Of a DNA stretch of 64,000 nucleotides, positions 41,322-54,900 are shown piece after piece (position 1 is the first letter of the stretch; every line of letters starts with the position of its first letter). The stretch lies in contig CM075988.1 in assembly GCA_038087875.1 (NCBI GenBank), positions 16,680,001 to 16,744,000 of the forward strand. Reading direction: 5' to 3'. A program made the position numbers and the translations under genes. The stretch comes from Malacoraja senta (taxonomy: Eukaryota). A model generated the notes under the pieces. The model was not told where the DNA came from and did not search any database. It saw nothing but the letters and a program-made list of their open reading frames with translations.

Positions 41322-43106
41322 TGACTAATTCTGTATTCATGAAAACAAATCAGACAAATGTCACGGTCAACATCAGGCTTCTGGAAAATCCCAGTGGCTC
41401 AGCCCTTTTATGATTAAAACACATTTTAGATTAAAAGCATACTCTTGTGGGCACCGACATGGCAGCAATACGGATCAGGGAACGAGCACTCCTCAGGCAA
41501 GCCTTCATCGATCCTGCACTGGCTGCCTGCTACCCAGGGAGAAGGACAGGCCCACTACACAGCCTGCAGCTACACTGCCAGCTAGCTACCGGGGTGGAAA
41601 GCTGGGTCAGGCGAGATGCGAAGGGAATAGCACACTACCGCTAATAAAATAAAATTTCCCTTCTCAAAATGTGGGTGGTGAATATGCAGAATTCTTTGCC
41701 ACAGAAGGCTGTGGAGGCCAAGTCAATGGATATTTGAAAAGCAGAGACAGATAGATTCTTGATTAGTACGGGTGTCAGGAGTTATGGGGAGAAGGCAGGA
41801 GAATTGGTTTATGAGGGAGAGAGAGATCAGCCATGATTGAATAGTGGAGTAGACATGGTGGGCCGAATGGCCTAATTCTTCTCCTATCACTTATGACCTT
41901 ATGACCATATGTGTGGCCCTGGCCCCAATCTCTCACACTCACATGGTTGGGCCCACCTTAGTTAGACTGCTGCAGTCGTTGCTTCGACAAGCCTACTCAT
42001 CATGTGTTGTGCTGTGGGAGTGATAACTGTAAGATTTATTAACAGATAACTTTGTTTCATCGGCTACCTGTCAGCATTGGGATTTCATTCCATACTTTTC
42101 CACTTATAAAGATGGAAAGAACAGAGGGGATAAATGAGACACAGAGGTAATGCCATATGTTTGCTGCAAGGAGATAGCACTCTCACCTTTAAATTCAAGA
42201 TTTTTTCAAGTGCTTTTCCAGACGTTTTTGAGTTGACAACAAACCTTTACATTTCCATGCCACACTATCAGAGATTCGTTCGGTTAGGTGAGATATTCAG
42301 TCAAAGTGCTACTTGCTCTTTCAGATGAAAGATCTGCTTTAGTATTCAAGAACAGCTTCTTCCCCACTGTTATCAGACTCTTGAACAGACTTCTCATATG
42401 TCACGGTTGAAATCCCGATCTTCCAATCTATCTCGTTGCGGCTCTTGCACCTTTCTTTATCTGTATATTCTCTGCAGCTGTAACACTACATTCTACGCTC
42501 TGTATATTTTCTCGTTTACACTGTCTGTTGTGCTCATGTATGGTATGATCTGCCTGGATAGGATGCAAAACAAAGTGTTTCTACTGTAAGTCGGTAGACA
42601 TGACAGGAAGAAACCAATATCAATGATCTTCTGGTGAGACCTTCTGGTAACCTAAACAGCATTCACCCCCCAACACTATTTCTAAAATGAAAGTCAGTTT
42701 GTACATACGTTATGTTTCCCTCACATCCATAAATAGCTTCATTAGCTATGAAACGCTTCCCAATATGCTGAGGTTTCAATGCCACTGTAGGGAAAAGCCA
42801 AATATTTCATTCCATCATCTTTACCGAGGTTTCACTGTATTTCTGGAGTCATCATATCTCCAGAATTTTTCTTCCTGTGGGGTAGCAAATCATTCTCACT
42901 TCCGCACTCTTTTATCGACATAATATGGAATTTAGACGCGCAGAAGGTTCAAGGTTTAATCCTAAATCTACCTGGAGCTAGTTTCCTAAACTGAGAGCAC
43001 TGCCCTTAGTCACTGCACTTGAAGGGAAAAAATGGATTGGACAAATAGGAAGAAAAGTGGAAAATGCACTAATTTTGTTAAATTGGGAATGGTGCAGAGA
43101 TATACT

Positions 43107-43457
43107 GTAAGTAAGTAAGTAAGTAAGTTTATTGGCCAAGTATTCACATACAAGGAATTTGCCATGGTGCTCCACCCACAAGTAACAACATGACATACAG
43201 TGACAGTTACGAATGACTCGGAAAACATTAAACATTAATAATAATAAAACATTAATGATAAAACGCCATTGATCAAGCATGTGAACCAACAAAATACCAG
43301 ATCAAAGGGAGGCTACAGATTTTTGGCTGTTGAGTAGAGCAACTACTCGTGGATAAAAACTGTTTTTATGTCTGGCTGTGGCAGCTTTGACAGTCCGGAG
43401 TCGCCTTCCAGAGGGAAGTGATTCAAAGAGTTTGTGGCTAGGGTGAGAGGGGTCAGA
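43107..43457 (-). mobile_element. Rex1/Babar-like LINE 3' end
   Basis: DPSHPSHKLFESLPSGRRLRTVKAATARHKNSFYPRVVALLN, then a 3' UTR with aataaa and a (ttac)n tail. Older relatives lie at about 14750-15260, 42345-42620, 52690-52980, 58430-58800, 59680-60060 and 61540-61980. Confidence 0.75.
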
Positions 43458-46187
43458 GGTGGGGTAGCGTTGCTGGTTAGAGAGCATATTAACGCAATAG
43501 AAAGGAAGGACATTAGCTTGGAGGATGCGGAATCGATATGGGTAGAGCTGCGAAACACTAAGGGGCAGAAAACGCTAGTGGGAGTTGTGTACAGGCCACC
43601 TAACAGTAGTAGTGGAGTTGGGGATGGCATCAAACAGGAAATTAGAAATGCTTGCAACAAAGGTAAAACAGTTATAATGAGTGACTTCAATCTACATATA
43701 GATTGGGTGAATCAAATTGGCAGGGGTGCTGAGGAAGAGGATTTCTTGGAATGTATGCGGGATAGTTTTCTAAACCAACATGTAGAGGAACCAACGAGAG
43801 AGCAGGCTATTCTAGATTGGGTATTGAGTAATGAGGAAGGGTTAGTTAGCAGTCTTGTTGTGCGTGGCCCCTTGGGCAAAAGTGACCATAATATGGTTGA
43901 GTTCTTCATTAGGATGGAGAGTGACATTGTTAATTCAGAAACAAGGGTCCTGAACTTAAAGAAAGGTAACTTTGAGGGTATGAGAAGTGAATTGGCCAAG
44001 ATAGACTGGCAATTGATTCTTAATGAGTTGACGGTAGATATGCAATGGAAGGCATTTAAAGACTGCATGGATGAACTACAACAATTGTTCATCTCAGTTT
44101 GGCAAAAAAATAAATCAGGGAAGGTAGTGCATCCATGGATAACAAGGGAAATCAGGGATAGTATCAAAACAAAAGATGAAGCGTACAAATTAGCCAGAAA
44201 AAGCAGCCTACCAGAGGACTGGGAGAAATTCAGAGTTCAGCAGAGGAGGACAAAGGGCTTAATTAGGAAAGGGAAAATAGATTATGAAAGAAAACTGGCA
44301 GGGAACATAAAAACTGACTGCAAAAGCTTTTATAGATATGTGAAGAGAAAAAGATTAGTTAAAACAAATGTAGGTCCCTTGCAGTCAGAAACAGGTGAAT
44401 TGATCATGGGGAACAAGGACATGGCAGACCAATTGAATAACTACTTTGGTTCTGTCTTCACTAAGGAAGACATAAATAATCTGCCGGAAATAGCAAGGGA
44501 CCGGGGGTCAAATGAGATGGAGGAACTGAGTGAAATCCAGGTTAGCCGGGAAGTGGTGTTGGGTAAATTGAATGGATTAAAGGCCGATAAATCCCCAGGG
44601 CCAGATAGGCTGCATCCCAGAGTACTTAAGGAAGTAGCCCCAGAAATAGTGGATGCATTAGTGATAATTTTTCAAAACTCTTTAGATTCTGGAGTAGTTC
44701 CTGAGGATTGGAGGGTAGCTAATGTAACCCCACTTTTTAAAAAGGGAGCGAGAGAGAAAACGGGGAATTACAGACCAGTTAGTCTAACGTCGGTAGTGGG
44801 GAAACTGCTAGAATCAGTTATTAAAGATGGGATAGCAGCACATTTGGAAAGTGGTGAAATCATTGGACAAAGTCAGCATGGATTTATGAAAGGTAAATCA
44901 TGTCTGACGAATCTTATAGAATTTTTCGAGGATGTAACTAGTAGAGTGGATAAGAGAGAACCAGTGGATGTGTTATATCTGGACTTTCAGTAGGCTTTCG
45001 ACAAGGTCCCACATAAGAGATTAGTATACAAACTTAAAGTACACGGTATTGGGGGTTCAGTATTGATGTGGATAGAGAACTGGCTGGCAGACAGGAAGCA
45101 AAGAGTAGGAGTAAACGGGTCCTTTTCACAATGGCAGGCAGTGACTAGTGGGGTACCGCAAGGCTCAGTGCTGGGACCCCAGCTATTTACGATATATATT
45201 AATGATTTGGACGAGGGAATTGAATGGAACATCTCCAAGTTTGCGGATGACACGAAGCTGGGGGGGCAGTGTTAGCTGTGAGGAGGATGCTCGGAGGCTG
45301 CAAGGTGATTTGGATAGGCTGGGTGAGTGGGCAAATGCTTGGCAGATGCAGTATAATGTGGATAAATGTGAGGTTATCCACTTTGGTGGCAAAAACAGGA
45401 AAGTAGACTATTATCTGAATGGTGGCCGATTAGGAAAAGGGGAGATGCAACGAGACCTGGGTGTCATGGTACACCAGTCATTAAAAGTAGGCATACAGGT
45501 GCAGCAGGCAGTGAAGAAGGCAAATGGTATGTTAGCATTCATAGCAAAAGGATTTGAGTATAGGAGCAGGGAGATTCTACTGCCGTTGTACAGGGTCTTG
45601 GTGAGACCACACCTGGAGTATTGCGTACAGTTTTGGTCTCCTAATCTGAGGAAAGACATTCTTGCCATAGAGGGAGTACAGAGAAGGTTCACCAGACTGA
45701 TTCTTGGGATGTCAGGACTTTCATATGAAGAAAGACTGGATAGACTCGGTTTGTACTCGCTAGAATTTAGAAGATTGAGGGGGGATCTTATAGAAACGTA
45801 CAAAATTCTTATGGGGTTGGACAGGCTAGATGCAGGAAGATTGTTCCTGATGTTGGGGAAGTCCAGAACCAGGGGTCACAGTTTAAGGATAAGGGGGAAA
45901 TCTTTTAGGACTGAGATGAGGAAAACATTTTTCACACAGAGAGTGGTGAATCTCTGGAATTCTCTGCCACATAAGGTAGTTGAGGCCAGTTCATTGGCTA
46001 TATTTAAGAGGGAGTTAGATGTGGCCCTTGTGGCTAAAGGGATCAGGGTGTATGGAGAGAAAGCAGGTACAGGATACTGAGTTGGATGATCAGCCATGAT
46101 CATATCGAATGGCGGTGCAGGCTCGAAGGGCCGAATGGCCTACTCCTGCACCTATTTTCTATGTTTCTATGTTTCTATGTTTCTATG
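43458..46187 (+). mobile_element. Young 5'-truncated CR1 LINE; ORF2 (APE endonuclease C-terminal part + RT) disrupted
   Basis: VGVVYRPP, (S)[26 protein letters not shown] and FADD motifs. Premature TAG at 44991-44993, one extra G in the run at 45260-45266, stop at 46078-46080, (ttctatgt)n tail. Confidence 0.96.
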
Positions 46188-47181
46188 ATCTTGCCCGCTC
46201 ATATGAAAGGATGTTGCCAATGAACCAGAGAATTTTAGCTATGAAGAATGGCGAGCAAGGCTGAAAGTATTTTCTTTGGAAAAAGGATGCTGAGGGGAGA
46301 CTTAATTGAGGTATGTAAAACTCTTGAGGGCCCCAGAGAGAATAGAGGGGCAGAAGCTGTTTTCCACAGCAAAATTGTCAATAATCAAGGGGCATAAACC
46401 AACAGCGATTAACAGGATTAGAAAAGTGATGGAGTGATGTTTTCTTTCAAACAGAACAATGTGTGGATCTAGATCTTCATCGCTTACAAGGATTGTTGAG
46501 ACAGAAGCCCTGAACATACTTTAGAAGTGTACGAAGAATCGTAAGAAAAACTACAACTTACAGGTTGGAGGTTTATGAGTATCAGGGTCATAATTGTAGT
46601 CTATATGGTTTCAGTAAGGCCTATGATAAGGTAGTTTGCTCTGGAAGGTTCGATGGCATAGAATCCAGGGGGAGCTAGCTAACGGGATACAGAATTGGCT
46701 TCACAATATGAAGTAGAGGGTGATGGTGGAAGGCCTGAATCAGACTGAAGGCCTGTGACTGGTGGTGTGCATAAGGGGTGGATGTTGGGCACTTGCTGTT
46801 TGTCATCTATATCATTGGCTCGATAATTCATTTAGATTGCGTAGACACGATGAACCAGATAGCCTCGTTAGTGTCTGAAAAATCGATGCTCCAGTAGTTC
46901 TTGGTCCTGAGTGTCATCTATTGGCTTTTCCTGGACAATATGCATGCACAGAGTTTGGGTTATGAATGAATTGGGTTTGGCACTGCTGTCCTGAATGCTC
47001 TCTCTCCCACCATTAAGGTTGATGGTGCAGGAGTGCAGGAGATGGAACTTGCCCTGTGAATCTGCTCCTCCAAGGATGAGTTAGCAATTTCAAATGTGGA
47101 AATTAAGTGGGAAAGATTACACGAGGAGGCCAAACACAACCAGGAAGCTCCTGCGTTAACTCCAACATTTTATGTTGCAAT

Positions 47182-47699
47182 TAAGGTTGCCAACTCTCTC
47201 ACTCCCAAATAAGGGACAAAAGGTCAAAATAAGGGACAAATGCCCGATGGCAATTCGTTGACCGACTTGGCTGTGGCTGGGTGAATGATGAGTTGGCCCA
47301 GGTGCTGGACTGCACACAAAGCCCAGCCGGCGGGCCAGCTGAGGAGTTTTGACCCGGGCGCCAAACGTTGCGTGCAAAGTCCGGCACTCCATCCAACTCA
47401 TGAACCGATGATCGGCCATGAGAAGGAGGGATGGTGGTGTCGGCGGTAGGCGAAGGTCCGAAGGTCGGACAGCTGGCCGGGCTGGACGGGGCCACGGGCG
47501 AGGCGCTGCTGCTGCCCTCCATGGGCTGCACAACTTCGGGACGGGTAAGGCGGGGCCGGACGCAGCGTTCCGACCCGACAGTCCCCTCGACCCGAGTAGT
47601 AGCAGTCAAATACGGGACAAAGGCGGTCCCGTATGGGACAAACCAATTTAGCCCAATATACGGGATGTCCCGGCTAATACGGGACAGTTGGCAACCCTA
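47182..47699. mobile_element. hAT (Blackjack-like) MITE with a perfect 8-bp TSD
   Basis: TIR taaggttgccaact / agttggcaacccta; TSD gttgcaat at 47174-47181 and 47700-47707; repeated subterminal gggac motifs. Confidence 0.88.
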
Positions 47700-48223
47700 G
47701 TTGCAATGCCTACAACGGAAATAAAGGTTGAAGATAATTCTTCATCTAATACATGTTACAGCAGACAGGCGAAGAGAGAGAGCTTAGCACAAATCCTTTC
47801 AGGCCTCACTAATGAAGGCAATATTTCACTGTTTATTAAATTCATGTTGTGTTTTTTGCCTCACGCTTCCTCACTCACCCAGTAGCCATTCTGGCAGTGG
47901 ATTAGATGAAGATTTTTTAATCAAATCATATTAACCTTGGTAGAATACATATTGACCTTCTGTCATGGAGTACAGCCTGATAAAGATTGGCTCTGTCACA
48001 ATAATATGAAAGTATGGATGGGAGACACAGGTCTGTGAGCATCAGAATTAGTGGGCGTGGAGCAAGATCATCATTTGACCTGAGGTGTGACAGGCCCCAC
48101 TTGTGAAATTCACATCTATAAGTGGTCCTTATAAGTAATCACAACCACATCCACCAAATCAGAATGCACCATTTGTAAAAATAAATGTCCATAACATGGG
48201 CAAGGATTTTGCCTTAACAATAA

Positions 48224-48540
48224 AAGCCCTGTCCCACTGTACGAGTTCATTCAAGAGTTCTCCCGAGTTTGCCCTGATTCGAACTCGGACATTTACGGTA
48301 ATGACCGCTCGCAGGTACTCGGGGCTCTTGTGGACATTTTTCAACATGTTGAAAAATCTTCACGAGTCTTCCCGAGCTTACCGCGTTTCCCGAGTACCTG
48401 CCGTTAGCGTTACGAGCCGCTAAGAGACGTCCCCGGGCTCCGATGTACCCGCTACGTTCATTCTACATGCTTCCACGAGTTTGGTTTTTTTTTTTACTCG
48501 GGAGAGCTCTTGAATGAACTCGTACAGTGGGACAGGGCTT
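48224..48540. mobile_element. PIF/Harbinger-like MITE, same family as 36893-37172, in the opposite orientation
   Basis: Same TIR; TAA at 48221-48223 and 48541-48543. Confidence 0.9.
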
Positions 48541-50184
48541 TAAAGGAGGAATACCTGTTCTCACTCTTTTTATAAAGGGTAAATCAAGTAGCAACCTCCA
48601 GTATTTACAAGTACGCAGTTTAGTTTACTTTTCAGTTGAGAGATACAGCGTGGAAACAGGCCCTTCGGGCCGGTGCATTTGCACCAACCAGTGGTCTCCG
48701 CACACCAACACTATCCTATACACCAGGGACAATTTACAATCTTTACCGAAGCCAATTAACCTGCAAACCTGTACCTCTTAGGAGTGTGGCGGGAAACCGG
48801 AACACCTGGAGAAAACCCACACGGTCACAGGGAGAACATACAAACACCGTAGAGACAGCACCTGTGGTCAGGATTGAGCCCGGGTCTCTGGTGCTGTGAG
48901 GCAGCAACTCTACCGCTGCGCCACTCTGCCCCCCCGCAGCTAAAGGTGCAATTGTACCACGTTTGTTTCTCATTGAGAGGCCTTTGAAACATATGCATGA
49001 TCTGCACCCGCAATCTTTATGCGATATACATCACAAAAATAGGGAGCTTGTTCATTTTAGTATCAGTTTAAAAGCAGTAAAAGTCTTGACTGCTGCCAAT
49101 CAACATCTCTTGTACTGAAAATTAATATTTACAAGCATAGATTTTCATGCTCTCAGCTTTGAATTATTGATGGATATTTTTTTCACCTTTGTCATAAGTT
49201 CATTTTTCTTTCCCTCTCATTATTTTGTTTTCTTTTATGCCTAATTTGATGTTGGATGAAACATTTTGGAAAGGCTCCAAGGAGAATTCATCAACTTGAA
49301 ATGTTAACTCGCTTGCTTTCTTTGCCACTGCCTGGACTGCTGAATATCTCCAGTATTTAAGGGCAGCAAATTGGCGCAGCTGGTAGAGCTGCTGCCTCAC
49401 AGTGCCAGAGACCTGGGTTTGATCCAGACCTCGGGTGCTGTCTGTGTGGAGTTTGCATTTTCTCCCTGTGATCCCGTGGGTGTATACTAGATGCTTCGGT
49501 TTCCTCCCACATCCCATAGACACGCGGGCGTGTAGGTTAATTGCCCCTAGTGTGAAAGGAGTGGATGAGAAAGCGGGATAACATAGAACTAGTGTGAACA
49601 GGTGATCGATGGTTGGCCTGGACTACGTGGGCCCAAGGGCCTATTTCCATCCTGTATCTTTCAATCAATCAATCAATCATGTCTGTCTTTACGTCAGATT
49701 TCCATTGCAGTAGTTTTGTTTTCTTTCCAAAACAGTGTCTATACTTGGCTGAGGGAATTAAGGTGTAAAGCTACGATCTGTAGTTTGAAAGTTAAATGTC
49801 CAATGTCAGAATCCTGTCTGAAAACGTTTCCTAAAGTTGTTGCAGTATATTAGGATGACAATTGTTAAAAGAATGTGGCATATGTTATGGGATAAAAAGA
49901 CAGAGTAACTGAGTTCATCGTTGAACACTGCAGCTCACAGTAATGATACCATACGGTCTGCATTACAAGGCCTAGATCATTGCATTGCTTGTTTGATGAG
50001 GGTCCTGGGGAAACCATGGGATTAAATGCCATTAGGCCATTGAGGAATGGATGAGCTGGTAGTTTCAAGGAGTCTAACCTCATTTAACGTATGAGGCTCA
50101 TGGGTAGGTATATCATAACTCATGATCATATCAAGTGATGTTGGATATTAGCTAGCATCATAACTAGCTCATCAACTAACTAGC

Positions 50185-50259
50185 TATGATTATACCCAGT
50201 ATGATTATACAAGCTATAATTATAGTGAGTATGATTATATGAACTATAATTATAACTCG
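50185..50259. repeat. Degenerate 15-bp tandem repeat, 5 units of TAT(G/A)ATTATA-N5
   Basis: tatgattatacccag / tatgattatacaagc / tataattatagtgag / tatgattatatgaac / tataattataactcg. Confidence 0.8.
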
Positions 50260-51736
50260 TTAGAATTCCAACATAACCAATGACATTTTTTCCATTTATT
50301 AGAAATTGAAAATGTTGAAAATGTTAGTTGATGCAGGTCAATTATTTGCTTAACAGGTCAGGCTAAATAGATTGAATATAAAGGCTGCTATCATTGGGAA
50401 AGAGTTACAGAAGTCTGAAGTCTTGCTGAACCGGGTTCAGGAATATATACTTCCCTAAAACTATCAGGCTCTTGAACTGATGTGTACAACCTTAAGAGGG
50501 ATATGGGGTGAATGCAGGCCGGTGGGAGTAGTATAGAAGGGGCATCTTAGTTGGCATTGGGAAGGTGGGCCTTTATCCGTGCTGAATGACTCAGTGAGCA
50601 CAAGAACATGAAGGTTAAATCTGAATCAAGCAAAAAGCTAGTTGATCAGGTAGAACCACTCACATCTGCAGACCGCATATTCATGATTCAGGGTTCAGGA
50701 TTTAGGTACCAAGAGAAAATAAAGAGAAAATGGCATTGATATTTCTTGAGAAAAATGGATCATTATTTTGAACCATTCAGAACAAGAGCCACTTCACGAA
50801 CACAGAAGTTGTGTACCATACGTTTCTGTCCTGCTCAGGATTCTGGGCTCAGATTAACATGGATGATTACAATGGAAAATCATTATTCCCCCTTCGCACA
50901 TACGCACACACAGACATCCTCCAAATTCCCAGGACAGGTATGTTTGCACAGTCTTGATAGATCCCATTAATTACTGGGCATTTGCCAGCAATTTAGTTTC
51001 AACAAAATATTCACGTTACAGGAAATAGAAGGAAGGGGAGAAAAAAAAAAGTGATTTCGAATTTAACTGCTCCGACGCCTTGCTGGTGGGCAGGACAAAT
51101 GGCACTCTGAAGATCCCTCTGAACCCCTCCCTCTGAAGATTCCCGTCAGTCAAGGGTCGCTTCCATGAGAGAAAAATACAACGATTCGCATCTCTGCATG
51201 AAAACCTAACGATTAAATCAATCACTTTAAACTCCCCTTATCACAATATCTTTGTGTGAAACCTTGATTGTTAAAGAAACTGCTCCCAACTCTGAACATC
51301 ATCAAGGTTTATTATACCTACCTGAAGAATCACTTCATGGGATCTAACAAGACTGTGCAGCCGGGAATTTGGAGATGTCACTGTGTGTGAATCAGTTAGC
51401 CTGTTCCTTTCCCTTTCTCTTCTCACTGTACACAGATAAAACCCATTGACTTTCAATTGACATTTCCTTTAGTTCAGTTCAGTTTAGAGGTACAGGCCCT
51501 TCGGCCCACCGAGTCCACGACGACAAGCTATCCCCACACACTAACACTATTCTACGCACACAAGGGACAATTTACGATTTTACAGAAGCCAATTAGCCTA
51601 CAAACCTGTACGTCTTTGGAGTGTGGGAGGAAACCAGAGCACCCGGAGAATACCCACGGGGTTATGGGGCGAAAGTACAAACTCCATACAGGCAGCACCC
51701 ATACTCAGGATCAAAGCCGCGTCTCTGGCACTGTAA

Positions 51737-51940
51737 CGGGGCTGTCTCACTGCGGCGACCTAATCCGCGAGTTCAGAAGAGTGTCTTCGACGTTCAAGCT
51801 CGAGGGCACTTGCCTGAAAAACCTCGAGCTGGATCGACCGTCAGCGATGAAACCGCGAGCTGGATCGACCGACCGCACACACAAACACATCGCAAAGGCG
51901 GGGGCCAGGGAAAGCGGGGGAGCGCTGTCTGAAATTCACT
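51737..51940. mobile_element. Truncated Harbinger-like element end inserted in a SINE
   Basis: Begins cggggctgtctcactgcggcgac directly after the SINE ...ggcactgTAA; resembles the ctgtc(c/t)cact TIR core; CpG-rich; second end absent. Confidence 0.55.
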
Positions 51941-54900
51941 CGTATGTTGCAAAACTTACTTGGCTAATAAAGTATTATTGTTCATTGACCTTTTGAGCTT
52001 CTGATTTTTGATACAGTGAGACATTGCAGATATGTTATCACATAAAAAAGTGATCATCTATCTGTCCACTCTCGCTGTACCCTTCCTGCTCTTGAAACCA
52101 AACCCGAGCTGAAACATCAGCATGGAATTCACGCGATAGATGGTGCTAAATATGCTGAAAAGCTGCAGAAGTTGGTTCCACTCCACATGTAAAATTCTAT
52201 TCTATTCTATTGACTATGTTAATGCTTCAGACCAGGGAAGAATTTCTAGGCAGATCTCCTCAGGAGTGCAATGGTGGAAAATACTTAAAAATGGCAAATT
52301 CTCTGTCATCTTGGGTTATTGTGGAAGTAATAGATCACGGTTTTCCATTCTTGGAAGAAGAAGTCCCCCAAAAAATAAGTTTGCATAACTGATAAATATC
52401 CTGGCGATACAAAATTATTTCATGCCAATTGAATTTCCAAAATGATCAATTTCATTGCCTCAAAAAATAGGAAGAAAAAATATTAGATCTTTCCAACTCA
52501 TCCCTAATGGAATGTGACAATGTTAAATTTGTATAAGCACGGTAATAGCCTTAACTGTGATTCACCATTTGTCATGGACGAGTTGAAACTTGCATTAGAA
52601 AATGCATACTTGGACAATGTTAAAAAGCAATGTGCTAATTGTCTCATCATTGTTATACACCATTTTGAGGCATCAATGTTTAGGTATAGCTTTAGGTTTA
52701 TTATTGTCACCTGTACCGAGGTAAAGTGAAAGCTTTGTTTTGCATGCTATCCAAACAGATCAGATAATAGTATACATAATTACATTTAAGTCAAACTCAG
52801 GTACAGCAGATAGAGCAAAGGGGGGAAGATACAGAGTGCAGAATATAGTTCTCAGCATTGTAGCGCACTAGTTCCACAGACAGAGTCCAATGTCCACACT
52901 GGGGTAGAGGTGAATCGGACAGTACCCTAGCTTATGGAAGGACTGTTCAGAAGACTGATGAAAGAGGGGAAGAAGCTGTTGAGTAAAATGCTGTGAAAGG
53001 AGATAGATTGAAAAATCGTGCACATATGGATATATTAAAATCAAGCCTAGTTAAAAAAAATGCCTTAATGTAGAAAAACACAAACAGGACGTTGCAGTTG
53101 TAGAATCTGTGCTGCGTAATGCAGTAGATTGCGGATTTAACATTCAGGATTCAAGGAGCCTCCCAACAGACGTTTCTCTGGAAACCCTGCAGCATTTTTC
53201 CGTCAGCGATGTAAATAACACAAATTTACTAGTCCACTGAAGGTCAGAAGTCCCCAACATGGGAATAGCTTTCAAATCTCTGACTGTGCTCACCGAGGCT
53301 GTGTTTACCATAATACGCATCACATCCTATTTGCATAACATGCTCCTTCATTTACTTCAGCTTTCAAGCAGATTTTATTTCCGCGAAAATAAATATAATT
53401 AAGATGACATTAAGCCAGCCAAGTCTGGTGGCAATCTTTCACCGTGAGAGATGACGATATGTCGAGCCGAGATTTGAGGCGGACTTTAGATGCAAAATTC
53501 AGAATGAGGTGGGGGGGGGGGGGGGTTGGAGATATACAGTGAGGCATGGGAGGGGAGGGAGAGCTTGCCTCTTGCCTCTGAAGGTTAAAAGTTCACGTCC
53601 CTTTGATCAAAAGTCGAGGCTGATGCTCCAGTGTAGTGCTGAGGGAGTATGGGGTGTCAGAAGGGACTGGCTTAGATGGGACAAGGCCGGGTTGGGCCAA
53701 AGGGCCCGCTCCCATGTTCTATGAGTCTATAACAGGCACCATCAGCAAAATGGATCGTGTAGTCATTAATGCATGACTTATTTTAGTTTAGTTTAGTTTA
53801 AAGATACAGCATGGAAACAGGCCCTTCTGCCCACCGAGTCCGGACCCACCAGCGATCCCTGCATACTAGCACTATCCTGCACACACTAGGGACAATTTAA
53901 CTATTTTTATCTAAGCCAAATAATCTCCAAACCTGTACGTCTTTAGAGTGTGGGAGGAAACCGAAGGACCTGGAGAAAATCCACGCGGGTCACGGGGAGA
54001 ACGTACAAACTCTGTACAGACTGCACCCTTAGTCAGGATCGAACCTGGGTCTCTGGTGCTGTAAGGCAGCAACTCTACCGCTGCGCCACTGTGCCGCCTT
54101 TCTCTAGGTTCACAATGTGCAAACTGGCCACAATATTATCAATGTACACAACATGGCTTACACCTCATCATCAGCAAAATGCTTTGGAATTGCAGTCACA
54201 CCAATGCAATGTTATATGAAAGAACCATACTCATGGTTGCAAACGGACCACAATTTAGATTGCAAGAGAATGAAGAGGAAAATTATCCTAAAGAATAAAC
54301 ATGTTTCCCATCTGTAGGCAGGATCGAAGAGCAGTAAAAAATTGGAAGGAAGAACATCAACCCATCCCAATGTAGAGTGTTGATATCCACAGATAAATAG
54401 CAGCAGCGCTAAATAAGTCTTGAAGATGAGCAACTTCTTTCCAACTGCATTGTTGATGGACAAAGCACTTAAGTGTCAATGGATTCTGTACTCAAAAGGA
54501 ACATAACATGGTAGAGAAAAGTTATCAATGATAACCAAGATGGGCCATGGCCCGACTTCCTAAATCATTTCCACCATCTTTAAGGTGCATTAGGAGTGTG
54601 TTGGAATACTCTCCACTTGTTGGGTGACTTCAGCACAAAATATACTCATGACACTCAATGCTGTGCAGAACAAAGCAGCCCATATGATTCACCAACTCCA
54701 ACATTTGTGTAAAATGGGAGCAGTGAATACCACTAATATTTTAGTTAAGGTACGCAGGCTCTCTCTTGCAAACACGTACACCGATCTGCATGCACACACA
54801 AACACAGTTGCATACTCAGTATATGACTGGGGAACATTTCTGGCAAGGGATTAGGATGCATTAATGTTCTTGAAAGGAAACCTTGAAAGGTGGATAAATT

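Noticed and set aside
43434..44993. 519-aa ORF as a host or domesticated gene
   Set aside because: It is CR1 ORF2, 5'-truncated and terminated by a premature stop within RT; the apparent start lies in the adjacent Rex1-like fragment.
47156..47700. Overlapping GC-rich ORFs
   Set aside because: Inside a TSD-flanked hAT-like MITE; no transposase motifs.
50185..50259. Repeat-spacer pattern reminiscent of CRISPR
   Set aside because: 10-bp repeats with 5-bp spacers are far too short; eukaryotic context and no cas genes.
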